Shown one piece after another: positions 7,797 through 16,623 of a DNA stretch of 64,000 nucleotides; the first letter of the stretch is position 1, and each line of letters begins with the position of its first letter. Position numbers and translations under genes: made by a program. Under the pieces are notes generated by a model, which saw nothing but the letters and a program-made list of their open reading frames with translations, did no database searches and was not told the DNA's origin. This stretch comes from an uncultured Bacteroidales bacterium (GTDB lineage: Bacteria; Bacteroidota; Bacteroidia; Bacteroidales; JAUNSR01): positions 138,058-202,057 of the forward strand of contig CAMTON010000001.1 of NCBI GenBank assembly GCA_947074105.1. Direction: 5' to 3'.

Positions 7797-9092
7797 TTAT
7801 TTAAGGATATTTACTGCTTTCAACAGATCAGTAGATTTGAAACTCATAAATTCTACAGCTTTTCCTGTTGCTGCATCAATAGCATAAATGGCAGGATGAT
7901 CAAGAGCAGTTGAACCTGAAGAACTTGACATCGAAGTTGCTGCGGCAAAAGGAATATAGAAAACACCGTCATGACCGTCACCCCATCCGATTGAGAAAGA
8001 ATAAACAGAAGGATCAGGAAGTCCGCTTACCCATTTGAATGATTTTTCCGTCATATTTACAACTGCCATAAGACCAGATTCCGCCATATTTCCATATGAA
8101 TCTTTATCAGTAAAGAATTCAAGAAGGAAATAATCTCCACTGATATGGAATGCTTTACGGAAACGATAACCGTCAGATCTTGCTAAAATATCAAAGTGAT
8201 AATCCGTATCAAAAGTTTTTGTTCCCGCATTGATACGAAGAGCTCCGACTTTTGAATCATCACTGCTGGAACCGGAGAAGATATATACATTTCCGTTATC
8301 ATCTGCTGCACTCTGAGTATAACGCACACTACGCATTGCTCCTACAGAACTTCCGATACGTTCGTCAGTAATAAAATCAGATGTATTTATTGTCAGGCTA
8401 TAATCTGTAAAAGCTACAGCGGCAACATCACTGTCTGAATAATTTACTACAACCGTAACCTGATTATTGCCCATATCTACAATATTGGAAAATGTAGGAG
8501 TAGTTTCATTAATCGCTATCGAAGGAAGATTAACCGGAATATTATTGCTTAAAATATTATCATTGGTATTTCCCACTACCATTGCGTAAGGGCTGGAAAT
8601 CTGAGCGGCATAAGAATATGTTCCGAAAACTCCGGTGTTACCGAATGAAGCAACAACGACAGGAGAACCGATTTCCGCAAGCTGTTCTGAAGCAAATTTA
8701 TATGATCTCAGACCTGCTGTTGAAGAACCGATTCCTCCGTTTTCAGCAGATGCTGCTCCGCGTGCATAAATATAACCGGTAAGAGTCTGAGTATTTCCGT
8801 TATAAGTAAGCTGAGTAAACGTATCCGGCACTTTTAATGCCGATTCATCAGTATAAACTTCCTCATTTGTTCTTGCAGATGTAAGATCAGAATAGATTTT
8901 CATTCTTACGCCTGCAGTAAGATCATTAAGCGGATCACCGGAAGTAACGACAAAATTTACTTCTGTAGGCAATACTTCCGGAAGTGTCTCCTGATGCAAA
9001 ATATCCGAATCGTTGTCATCACTACACCCTGTTGCTAAAAATCCTGCACAACACATAAGCATTGAGTGTCTTAAAAATGTACTTTTTTTCAT
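7797..9092 (-). CDS. DUF4374-like surface lipoprotein (XusB-like), copy 2
   Basis: Lipoprotein signal (MLMCCAGFLATGCSDD). 431 aa, clearly paralogous to the neighbour (shared ALRI..G..TFD.DY.F.I....GY..R...H..G..F.LE and V.M.EKSF.W.SGLP blocks). Its position after a TonB receptor matches the Xus arrangement. Confidence 0.65.
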   Translation of the reverse strand: MKKSTFLRHSMLMCCAGFLATGCSDDNDSDILHQETLPEVLPTEVNFVVTSGDPLNDLTAGVRMKIYSDLTSARTNEEVYTDESALKVPDTFTQLTYNGNTQTLTGYIYARGAASAENGGIGSSTAGLRSYKFASEQLAEIGSPVVVASFGNTGVFGTYSYAAQISSPYAMVVGNTNDNILSNNIPVNLPSIAINETTPTFSNIVDMGNNQVTVVVNYSDSDVAAVAFTDYSLTINTSDFITDERIGSSVGAMRSVRYTQSAADDNGNVYIFSGSSSDDSKVGALRINAGTKTFDTDYHFDILARSDGYRFRKAFHISGDYFLLEFFTDKDSYGNMAESGLMAVVNMTEKSFKWVSGLPDPSVYSFSIGWGDGHDGVFYIPFAAATSMSSSSGSTALDHPAIYAIDAATGKAVEFMSFKSTDLLKAVNILK

Positions 9093-9122
9093 TATACCTG
9101 TTTTTAATGTTAATTATTTATT

Positions 9123-10418
9123 TTAGTTATGACTTAAATGTCCTAATGTTCTTACTTCATATACACCTCTCAGAGATATTCCTTTAGTAGCCTCAGCCGT
9201 TTCTGGATTTACAACATATATGGCCGCATCTTCTCCGAACTGAGTGATAGGCAGATAAAGCTTTCCGTCATGAAACATCGGTACCCCTCCTGTTTCAGCA
9301 CCTGAAAGGATCAGACTTTTTCCCGGCAGACCACTTATCCATCTGAATGATTTTTCCTCCATATCGACTATTGCAAACTGATGTCCCGGTGTGATTGTAG
9401 TAATATTTATATCATTATATATTTCCAGACAGAATTTACTTCCCGTCATATGCCAGAGTCTGCGTATCTTATATCCTCCCGTTTCATTTTCAATATTGAA
9501 ATAATAATCCTGATCAAATTCTGTTGCGTCAGGTAATATTCTCAGAGCCGCACACGGATTTGATGTAGTATTATCAAATGATCCTGAAAAAACATATACC
9601 GATCCGTTATCCGCTTTTCCTATCTGAGAAAAAACCTGTGAACGATATTGTCCGGCACAATAACTGATGCGGTCATCTCTGTAAATATGTTTTATTTCAA
9701 GATCTTTGTCAATTCGCGCTACCCATACACTGTCCGGATATGCGACATCACCGATACTTGAACCGTTGCCTGTCCCTGTCTGGTTGAATGACGATTGCAC
9801 CATACCGGTAAGAAACTCTCCGTTGCCAAGATCTACAATCCCCGAAAAGGTTATCTGCTGTCCGTTTCCTGTTATATCTTCTGTCCAGATTGTCTGTGTA
9901 CGGTCAAGAGTCACTGAATTACTGTTTATATTCCAGAACGCGAAAGTCGCTCCGTCATTACGGCTTCCATCGGCTGAAACCTGTCCTGCCACACTTGTCA
10001 GAAGCTGTCCGTTGAAAAATCCGTAATTCGAGAAACGTGTAGTTATCATAAACTCTCCCAGTTTTTCAAGAGAGGAATCTTCTTTATATCTGAAACCGTA
10101 ACCGATACCCGCAAACTGCTGCTGATAAACCATTCCCATGGCAATGTCATTCCTGAAAATCCAGGTATATTCTGTTTGTGGCAATTCCATTATATTGGAA
10201 CTTATATTAAGGTCACCGTCTTCAAGAGACTCAGCCTGCATTATATATTCTGTTCCGCTGCTCGCTTTTACAGCAAGAAAGAAGGGTCCGGTAGCCGTTT
10301 GCACCGCACTGCCGTTAAAATCATCGTCATTACTTTCACATGAGTTTAGAAAAACCGCTGAACTCAGTAGTAAAGCTGCCGGAAGGCATTTTTTGAATAA
10401 AAAATCTGTTCTATACAT
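9123..10418 (-). CDS. DUF4374-like surface lipoprotein (XusB-like), copy 1
   Basis: Lipoprotein signal (LLLSSAVFLNSCESN). 431 aa, starts 8 nt after the receptor stop, paralogue of 7797-9092. Confidence 0.65.
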   Translation of the reverse strand: MYRTDFLFKKCLPAALLLSSAVFLNSCESNDDDFNGSAVQTATGPFFLAVKASSGTEYIMQAESLEDGDLNISSNIMELPQTEYTWIFRNDIAMGMVYQQQFAGIGYGFRYKEDSSLEKLGEFMITTRFSNYGFFNGQLLTSVAGQVSADGSRNDGATFAFWNINSNSVTLDRTQTIWTEDITGNGQQITFSGIVDLGNGEFLTGMVQSSFNQTGTGNGSSIGDVAYPDSVWVARIDKDLEIKHIYRDDRISYCAGQYRSQVFSQIGKADNGSVYVFSGSFDNTTSNPCAALRILPDATEFDQDYYFNIENETGGYKIRRLWHMTGSKFCLEIYNDINITTITPGHQFAIVDMEEKSFRWISGLPGKSLILSGAETGGVPMFHDGKLYLPITQFGEDAAIYVVNPETAEATKGISLRGVYEVRTLGHLSHN

Positions 10419-10426
10419 TTTAAAAG

Positions 10427-12811
10427 TTAGTTATTATGCTGTTTAAAGAAGAAATAGCGGAATTTAACCGAAAAACTACGTCCCGGTTTCTGAAGGCTGT
10501 AATTATCATATAATATGGCATTGCCGATATTGACTGCTTCTGCGGCTATATTGAAGCGCCCGTCACGAATAGAATAAGTGATGTTAGCGTCATGAGACAT
10601 CTGTCGCGGAATATAGAGTTTCGCACCCTCTCCCGCCCATGAGCGGAAAAACTTATTCACAAACATAAAGTTGTATCCCAAAGTCAGAGTATTTCTGTTT
10701 CCGAGCACCTTAAAGAATGTGTAAGCCGCATCTGCATTTCCGAAAACATAAGGAAGATTAGGAACACGATTATTATATGTCACCGACTCAGCGCCAATAG
10801 CTGTATGACGCTCTTTGTCGCGCATATCCAGATATGAGAAATTTGCTCCTGCCGTGAATGACTTTTTATAATAATATCTTGCCGTAACATCACCTCCGAG
10901 ACCAAGCACTTTTCCGTGATTCGTACTTGTAGCCACCCCTTTCGTTCCTATTGTCCTGATTATATAATCCTGTACATAACGGCCATATGCACCCACATCA
11001 AAAGAGAAAGAATGTTTATCATCTGAAGTATGATGATAAGAAAAATTCATATTTACATTACGGCTGCTTTCAGGACGCAGATTTGCCTCACCGTTTTCAT
11101 AATCTCCGTCACCAAACAGTTCCATATCCGTTGGAAGACGGAATGTTTTCTCCAGCGACAGTTTATACTGAAGTCCTGAACTGAAATGATACGTCCCGGC
11201 GAAACCGTAACCCAGAGCATCAGTTGTTCTTGTCTGTTCCTCATACTGATCCCTTCCCGTTGTTGCCACATTCACAGGCCCGCATACATCAGAATAATAA
11301 TATTTGGCAAAAAGCATAGCGTTCCAGCGCTCCTCCGAGACATATTTATAAGAAAGACCGGTTATGTTTTTTTCATTTCTGCGGCGCATAAACGTAGCTG
11401 CAGAACTCTGAACGGAATTGGCAGCAGAATTTGTAGTCTTTCGCGTATAATTGCTATACATATTATTGATGGCAAAAAAATGATTCTCTCCTATCCTGTA
11501 TCTTATGTTAGCTACGGCATACGCTGTTTTTCCCTTATATTCGGCAAGAGTAGCTACACCTTCCCCCTGTGTATCTTTTTCGCGGTAATCTCCAGTCCAG
11601 CTATATTCACGAGCCACGGTATCAACATTATTTGTAAGGACATCCGAATATTTAGCACTCAGATTCACATCAAGATTCTTTATAATGAAATTCTTTTTCT
11701 CATAATTAAGAGACGGCGTAAGACCTTCCGCTGTACGGTATTTCCCTCCGAAGACAATTGTCATAAGGTTGGCATTCTGAATCTGAGCATATTCACGGCT
11801 GTAGTTTGCACCGATAATAAATCTGTCTGCCCAAGGTTTATTCACTACTCCGAGTTGCAGGATGACTGCTTCATTATGATATCTGTCATGAAAGCGGCGA
11901 AACCATTGTTCTTCCTGAGAAACACTGCTTGTCGCGATGTCCGTATATCTTGTCTTTACCTTATAATCGTTATCCGAATAATTCTGATAAGCATTAAGCT
12001 GTACGGTAAAACCGTTCTTGGCAGTATATCCCAAATTCAGATTTGACTTATGGGTATTGAAAGAACCGTATGAATATGAAGCATCGATAAACGTGTTTGA
12101 TGATCTGTTTGTAACAATATTGATTGCTCCGCCAAGAGCATCACCGCCAAACTCTACCGGCACTACTCCTTTATAAACTTCTATTCTGTCGGCCAGATTA
12201 GCAGGGATATTATTAAGCTGAAATGAAGATCCGGAACCTTCCATAGGAACTCCGTCAATAAATATCTTTACGTGACGACCAGTAAAACCGTTAAGATTTA
12301 TCTGAGTTCCTGAACCAAGTCCGCCCTCTTCTCTAATTTTCACACCAGAGACACGGTTAAGCGCATGTGCCAGGTCAAGTGTAGTATTGCCAAGTTTCTT
12401 AGTATCTATGGCGACGGCATTAAAAGCTGAATTATTTATCTTACTTATACCTCCGCCAGTCACGACCACTTCCTCCAGTTCGGAAACAGAGGGACGGAGA
12501 GATACATTTAATTTTATTCGCTCACCCGACAACAGCTCTATATCCTGTTCGGCTGTCTCATAACCTATAGCTGATACTACAAGAGTATAGCTGCCCGGTT
12601 TCGCGCTCATATGATAAATTCCTTCCTGATTAGTAACCGATCCGTAGCCGGTATTTTTCAGATAAACAGTAGCGAATTCGACAATCCCCTTTTCCGTTGA
12701 AAATACCTTACCTGAAATCACGGTTTCAGCCCGCTGTGAGTATGCGGATGATATATAAATCAGTATTAAAAAAATGATTCCTGACAATCTTTTATTAGTT
12801 AAACCAAACAC
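10427..12811 (-). CDS. TonB-dependent receptor with N-terminal carboxypeptidase-regulatory-like domain (XusA-like)
   Basis: CarboxypepD_reg-like ISGKVFSTEKGIVEFATVYLKNTGYGSVTNQEGIYHM. Plug region (LAHALNRVSGVKIREEGGLGS..INLNGF..VKIFIDGVPM) and a long beta-barrel ending SFSVKFRYFF. The track start at 12883 is a TTG. I prefer the GTG at 12811 (VFGLTNKRLSGIIFLILIYISSAYSQ is a proper signal peptide, preceded by AAGGAAGGA). Confidence 0.85.
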   Translation of the reverse strand: MFGLTNKRLSGIIFLILIYISSAYSQRAETVISGKVFSTEKGIVEFATVYLKNTGYGSVTNQEGIYHMSAKPGSYTLVVSAIGYETAEQDIELLSGERIKLNVSLRPSVSELEEVVVTGGGISKINNSAFNAVAIDTKKLGNTTLDLAHALNRVSGVKIREEGGLGSGTQINLNGFTGRHVKIFIDGVPMEGSGSSFQLNNIPANLADRIEVYKGVVPVEFGGDALGGAINIVTNRSSNTFIDASYSYGSFNTHKSNLNLGYTAKNGFTVQLNAYQNYSDNDYKVKTRYTDIATSSVSQEEQWFRRFHDRYHNEAVILQLGVVNKPWADRFIIGANYSREYAQIQNANLMTIVFGGKYRTAEGLTPSLNYEKKNFIIKNLDVNLSAKYSDVLTNNVDTVAREYSWTGDYREKDTQGEGVATLAEYKGKTAYAVANIRYRIGENHFFAINNMYSNYTRKTTNSAANSVQSSAATFMRRRNEKNITGLSYKYVSEERWNAMLFAKYYYSDVCGPVNVATTGRDQYEEQTRTTDALGYGFAGTYHFSSGLQYKLSLEKTFRLPTDMELFGDGDYENGEANLRPESSRNVNMNFSYHHTSDDKHSFSFDVGAYGRYVQDYIIRTIGTKGVATSTNHGKVLGLGGDVTARYYYKKSFTAGANFSYLDMRDKERHTAIGAESVTYNNRVPNLPYVFGNADAAYTFFKVLGNRNTLTLGYNFMFVNKFFRSWAGEGAKLYIPRQMSHDANITYSIRDGRFNIAAEAVNIGNAILYDNYSLQKPGRSFSVKFRYFFFKQHNN

Positions 12812-12888
12812 TTTTATTCCTTCCTTATTCTGATAGATGTTAATAACGAGTGCAAAATTGCTTTGATTTCTATAGGTCGGCAATCACT

Positions 12889-12901
12889 ACATTTAGGTAT
12901 T
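12889..12901 (-). promoter_or_regulatory. 13-mer ACATTTAGGTATT, identical to 61838-61850 (candidate shared regulatory box)
   Basis: Exact 13-nt identity upstream of both TonB receptor genes. It reads AATACCTAAATGT on the coding strand and lies 78 nt upstream of the GTG start. Confidence 0.4.
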
Positions 12902-13168
12902 TTTCCGACTTCGCTTAACGGTAATTGATTAGAGAATTATCTTTTTATTTTTTGAAAATTTGCAAAATGCTGAAAACGGAGTGAGAAAAGTCTAATTTTT
13001 ATTTATGTTCTTAAGATGAAAAAAAGGATATTTTCTGTCATTTTATAACATGATAAAATAAGAGAGAGATGACAAGTTCCGGTAGTGTCGGTTAAGGAAA
13101 AAATAATCAGGGGTATTTTATGTTTATACGGAATTCTGCGGATGAGAATTAAGGAATACGTATATAAC

Positions 13169-13197
13169 AAAAAAGCCTTCCTGTATATAGGAAAGCT
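13169..13197 (-). terminator. rho-independent terminator after tRNA-Met
   Basis: On the minus strand AGCUUUCC pairs with GGAAGGCU (8 bp, one U.G), followed by TTTTTTG. Confidence 0.65.
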
Positions 13198-13207
13198 TTT
13201 ATTTTTG

Positions 13208-13281
13208 TAGCGAGACCGGGGCATGATCCCGGGACCTCATGATTATGAATCATGCGCTCTAACCAACTGAGCTATCTCGCC
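13208..13281 (-). tRNA. tRNA-Met (anticodon CAT; an Ile2/lysidine identity cannot be excluded)
   Basis: Hand-folded cloverleaf, 74 nt: GGCGAGA TA GCTC AGTTGGTTA GAGC G CATGA TTCATAA TCATG AGGTC CCGGG ATCATGC CCCGG TCTCGCT A. All four stems pair. The D-arm and anticodon arm resemble elongator tRNA-Met. The T-loop is atypical (see findings). Confidence 0.8.
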
Positions 13282-13319
13282 ATCTTTATTTTGAGAACCT
13301 CCGTTCCCTGATTGCGGTG

Positions 13320-13327
13320 CAAAGATA
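13320..13327 (-). promoter_or_regulatory. Bacteroidetes-type -7 box TATCTTTG (TAnnTTTG) for tRNA-Met
   Basis: Matches the TAnnTTTG consensus 39 nt upstream of the tRNA 5' end. A TTTG lies about 18 nt further upstream (13346-13349). Confidence 0.45.
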
Positions 13328-13568
13328 TGCAAAAAGATTACGCTTCAAAACTATTGCACCCTATTTTAATATTTATTTAGAAATTAATTTTCATCCGGGA
13401 ATAGCCTCTGAAGGGCTTTCCTGAGGTTTTCCGATTCTAAAAATCTGATTATTAAACTCATAATAAAAAGAAAAGCACTCTCCCTTTTTCAATATATGAA
13501 ATCAGCGGAAAGTGCTATTTTCTGTCTTTATATCGTAAGATAATAATCTTACAGGAATTATTGTAAAA

Positions 13569-15548
13569 CTATTCTATACCAAAGTCAATATCCAGTACCT
13601 GAAATTCCGTTCTTCTGTTTATCTGATTTGCTATTTCTTTTTCCTCATCCTGAAGTGTCTCAATAAACTCCGGTGTCAGCAACTGTTCAAGAGGAAGAAA
13701 CGGATATTTTTCATTAATTTTCTTATCCACCTCTTTTGGTTTCGATAATCCGTAACCGACCGGCACAAGTCTGTTTGCTGATATACCGTTTGCGGTAAGA
13801 TAGTCGGTGACAGATTTCGCTCTTCTCTGAGATAGTCTCTGGTTATAATCTTCAGTTCCTATCATATCGGTATGAGCGGAAAGTTCTATTCTGACAGTCG
13901 GATTATTATTAAGTATCGCTATAAGTTCGTTAAGCGCCGTTTCCGACTCCGGTCTCAGCGTCGCTTTATCAAAATCATAGAAGATGTTTTCAATAAGTAC
14001 CGGTTTGGTTATTGAGGCAAGACGGAAATTAACTTCATAAGTGGCATCTTCCTCTTCAGGATCTGAACGGAATTCTTCCTTATCATTAAGAAACCCTTTT
14101 GCTCCGGCCATCATCACGTAATGCGTCCCCCTGTCGATCTTTGTTTCAAAACTACCGTCTACACGGGTAACGATCTTATGATTCGATCCGTCACGACCAA
14201 CAACTCTCACTATCGCATTCGGAATTGGCTCGTCATCATGATCCGTAACCTGCCCCTGAATAAGCACTTTGATTGAAGGACGAAGGAAAGAATAGATATG
14301 ATCATATCCGCGGCCGTCATTTCTGTTAGAAGCGAAAAAGCCTTCCTCCTCTTCCTTATCAAAGAATGTCATTCCGAAATCATCGGCATTTGAATTTATC
14401 GGGTAACCGAGATTTTCAATATGCCAGAATCCCCATTCATCCTCACGCGCACTGAATATGTCAAGTCCTCCCATTCCGGGATGCCCGTTTGAGGAAAAAT
14501 AAAGTGTACCGTCAGGACGGAAAGTCGGAAACATCTCATCTCCTCCGGTATTTATCTGATCCCCGAGATTATCGACTATACCTTTTGAATCACCTGTAAG
14601 CGAAACGCGCCAAAGATCTTTTCCTCCATATCCTCCCGGCATATCAGAAACGAAATAGAGCCATTGTCCGTCAGGCGAAACCGCGGGATGAGCGAAAACG
14701 GATAACGTATCGCGGGTTATCTCAAACTTCTTTGCTGATCCCCACTGCGCATCACTTCTTGTAGCCGTGAATATCTCTGTTGAGGTAGGAGATTCAGGTG
14801 CTTTTCTTGCCCGGGTAAAATACATCGTATTACCGTCGGGTGAAAAAGCGGGCGTACCCTCATCAAACTCTGAATTGACATCACCTTCCACTATTTCAGG
14901 TTTCTGCCAGACTCCTTTTTCATTTTTCTTGCTTACCCATATATTCGAGGGTTTAAGCCCCGTGATATCACTTTTATCGGAACCCAGATTCTTATCATTT
15001 GATGAGGTGGTATAAATATAACCTTCATCCTTATTAAAAATCATCGGTGAAAAGTCTGCTCTGCGCTGATTCAGTATTTCTGCACGCTTAACAATGAAGC
15101 GCGTCTTATTCTCTTTATATTGTGCTGCAAGACGTACTCCTTCCAGCCCGTTTTTCGATGCCGGTGTCTGTCCGAACCTTGCTTCATAAGCAATATAAAA
15201 CTTCTGTGCATCTCTGTATTTGCCATCCTTATGCAGGTTACGGGCAATATCGATCACGATGGTCGAATCAGAAGGATCATATCTTAACGCATTCTGATAT
15301 GATGAAACAGCTCGTGTAGACATATTCAGCTTATCATAGCACCGTGCCGCCTTCAGAGCTATTTCTCCTTTCAGCTTTCTTTCTTTTGTCGAAGAAGTCT
15401 TATTATAAACTTTTCGGTAAGTAGTTGCCGCAGCAAAGTATTCTCCGCGATCATACTGCTGTTCCGCGGTAGACAACTTGGCAGAACCGCAGGAATAGCT
15501 GATTATCAATAAAAGAAAAAGGGAAAAATATATTATATATCTGTTCAC
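13569..15548 (-). CDS. porE: PorE-like T9SS lipoprotein (TPR + beta-propeller + CarboxypepD_reg + OmpA_C)
   Basis: Lipobox (LLIISYSCGS). TPR-like N-terminus. TolB/WD40-like repeats (FSPDGNTMYF, VSPDGQWLYFVSD, FRPDGTLYFSS). CRD (VLIQGQVTDHDDEPIPNAIVRVVGRDGS). OmpA_C (FDFDKATLRPES..RIELSAHTDMIGTEDYNQRLSQRRAKSV). This is the same four-domain order as P. gingivalis PorE. The start codon is GTG. Confidence 0.7.
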   Translation of the reverse strand: MNRYIIYFSLFLLLIISYSCGSAKLSTAEQQYDRGEYFAAATTYRKVYNKTSSTKERKLKGEIALKAARCYDKLNMSTRAVSSYQNALRYDPSDSTIVIDIARNLHKDGKYRDAQKFYIAYEARFGQTPASKNGLEGVRLAAQYKENKTRFIVKRAEILNQRRADFSPMIFNKDEGYIYTTSSNDKNLGSDKSDITGLKPSNIWVSKKNEKGVWQKPEIVEGDVNSEFDEGTPAFSPDGNTMYFTRARKAPESPTSTEIFTATRSDAQWGSAKKFEITRDTLSVFAHPAVSPDGQWLYFVSDMPGGYGGKDLWRVSLTGDSKGIVDNLGDQINTGGDEMFPTFRPDGTLYFSSNGHPGMGGLDIFSAREDEWGFWHIENLGYPINSNADDFGMTFFDKEEEEGFFASNRNDGRGYDHIYSFLRPSIKVLIQGQVTDHDDEPIPNAIVRVVGRDGSNHKIVTRVDGSFETKIDRGTHYVMMAGAKGFLNDKEEFRSDPEEEDATYEVNFRLASITKPVLIENIFYDFDKATLRPESETALNELIAILNNNPTVRIELSAHTDMIGTEDYNQRLSQRRAKSVTDYLTANGISANRLVPVGYGLSKPKEVDKKINEKYPFLPLEQLLTPEFIETLQDEEKEIANQINRRTEFQVLDIDFGIE

Positions 15549-15601
15549 TATTTTTTGCTTTATTATACGCTTAAATGTTATTTCCCGAATTTCGGAATAA
15601 G

Positions 15602-15609
15602 CAAATTTA
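15602..15609 (-). promoter_or_regulatory. -7 box TAAATTTG for the PorE-like gene
   Basis: TAnnTTTG match 54 nt upstream of the start. Confidence 0.35.
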
Positions 15610-15771
15610 TAAAAAAGAGATAACTAATGTAACTCTGATCATTTATCATTAATATATATTAGACGTTAAAGAGCTCAATTTATTGTTTTAGAACAGATTT
15701 CTTAGTTTAAAAAATCTCTTTTGCTAATTTTAGGAAAATTTTATTGTCCTTAATTTCTAAATGGTTTTACT

Positions 15772-16014
15772 ATGGGAAAAATCGTTACTCTTGCTTATAT
15801 AACTGACGGATATGAAGCAATAATGATAAAGAATTATCTTGAAGCAAACGGTATAAACTGTATTTCAAATGATAATATCACAAACTCCAATTTCGGACTG
15901 GGCGGTTCAATAGCCTTTCCCGTAGAGTTACAGATAAATGAAGATGACTTTGAACGGGCTAAAGAAGTTATGAAAGAGGGCGGTTACGCCAAATATCTTC
16001 AGGAAGAAGAATAA
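15772..16014 (+). CDS. small DUF2007-like protein (putative signal-transducing fold)
   Basis: 80 aa. The YEAIMIKNYLEANGINC..DFERAKEVM pattern resembles DUF2007. The family call is from memory. Confidence 0.45.
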   Translation: MGKIVTLAYITDGYEAIMIKNYLEANGINCISNDNITNSNFGLGGSIAFPVELQINEDDFERAKEVMKEGGYAKYLQEEE

Positions 16015-16027
16015 CACTGCAATATAT

Positions 16028-16081
16028 AAAAGAGAAACATCTTAAAGGCACAGGTTATGCATTTAAGATGTTTCTCTTTTT
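16028..16081. terminator. bidirectional terminator between convergent genes
   Basis: Perfect 16-bp stem AGAGAAACATCTTAAA (16031-16046) / TTTAAGATGTTTCTCT (16062-16077), with T-runs on both strands. Confidence 0.8.
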
Positions 16082-16084
16082 ATC

Positions 16085-16531
16085 TTATTTCGCTTTAAGG
16101 TCAAGCACCATATTTACGTGAAGTATTCCTTCATCCATAAACTCTTCCGAAGTCTGAATAAAACCCAGACTCTTATAGAAACGCAGAAGATATGACTGAG
16201 CTTCGATAAAGATATATTCGGCTCTCATAAGATCATGTGCGACCTTTATTCCCTCCTCCACTATTTTCTTTCCAAGTCCAAGACCTCTTTTTGTGGTAAG
16301 CACACGGCCTATTGCCACATTCTTGTCGGAAATACCTTTGTCCAGGACTCTGAGATATGCTACGATCTCCTCTTTATCCTTTATATAGACATGATAAGCA
16401 AACTTATCCTTTCCGTCCTGATCGACATAGATGATTTTCTGTTCAACTACGAACACCTCCGAACGTACTTTCATTATTGAGTATAAATCATCAACAGAAA
16501 GCTCCTCAAATCGTTTTACATATAGTTTCAT
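16085..16531 (-). CDS. GNAT family N-acetyltransferase (ElaA-like)
   Basis: VRSEVFVVEQ and the acetyl-CoA loop KRGLGLGKKI; 148 aa. Confidence 0.75.
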   Translation of the reverse strand: MKLYVKRFEELSVDDLYSIMKVRSEVFVVEQKIIYVDQDGKDKFAYHVYIKDKEEIVAYLRVLDKGISDKNVAIGRVLTTKRGLGLGKKIVEEGIKVAHDLMRAEYIFIEAQSYLLRFYKSLGFIQTSEEFMDEGILHVNMVLDLKAK

Positions 16532-16577
16532 TCCTAAATGTATTAAATATTTTAGACAAAGACTAAGATTTTATCCT

Positions 16578-16585
16578 TAGATTTG
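16578..16585 (+). promoter_or_regulatory. -7 box TAGATTTG for the phosphodiesterase gene
   Basis: TAnnTTTG match 39 nt upstream of the ATG at 16624. Confidence 0.35.
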
Positions 16586-16623
16586 GTTTGTTTATATTCT
16601 TACTGAAAAAATAGATCCTATAT

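Noticed and set aside
11186-12046. 286-aa plus-strand ORF (with neighbours 10987-11184 and 11053-11271) inside the TonB receptor gene
   Set aside because: It is antisense to, or overlaps, a gene with clear receptor motifs, and its own translation is featureless.
12812-12883. TTG-initiated 24-codon extension of the first TonB receptor
   Set aside because: The extension (PTYRNQSNFALVINIYQNKEGIK) precedes a textbook signal peptide that starts at the GTG at 12811, which has a purine-rich stretch upstream. The extension would also bring the ORF start to within 6 nt of the shared 13-mer box.
13003-13224. 73-aa minus-strand ORF between the receptor gene and tRNA-Met
   Set aside because: It overlaps the tRNA 3' end and its terminator, and the translation is a low-complexity AT-rich product.
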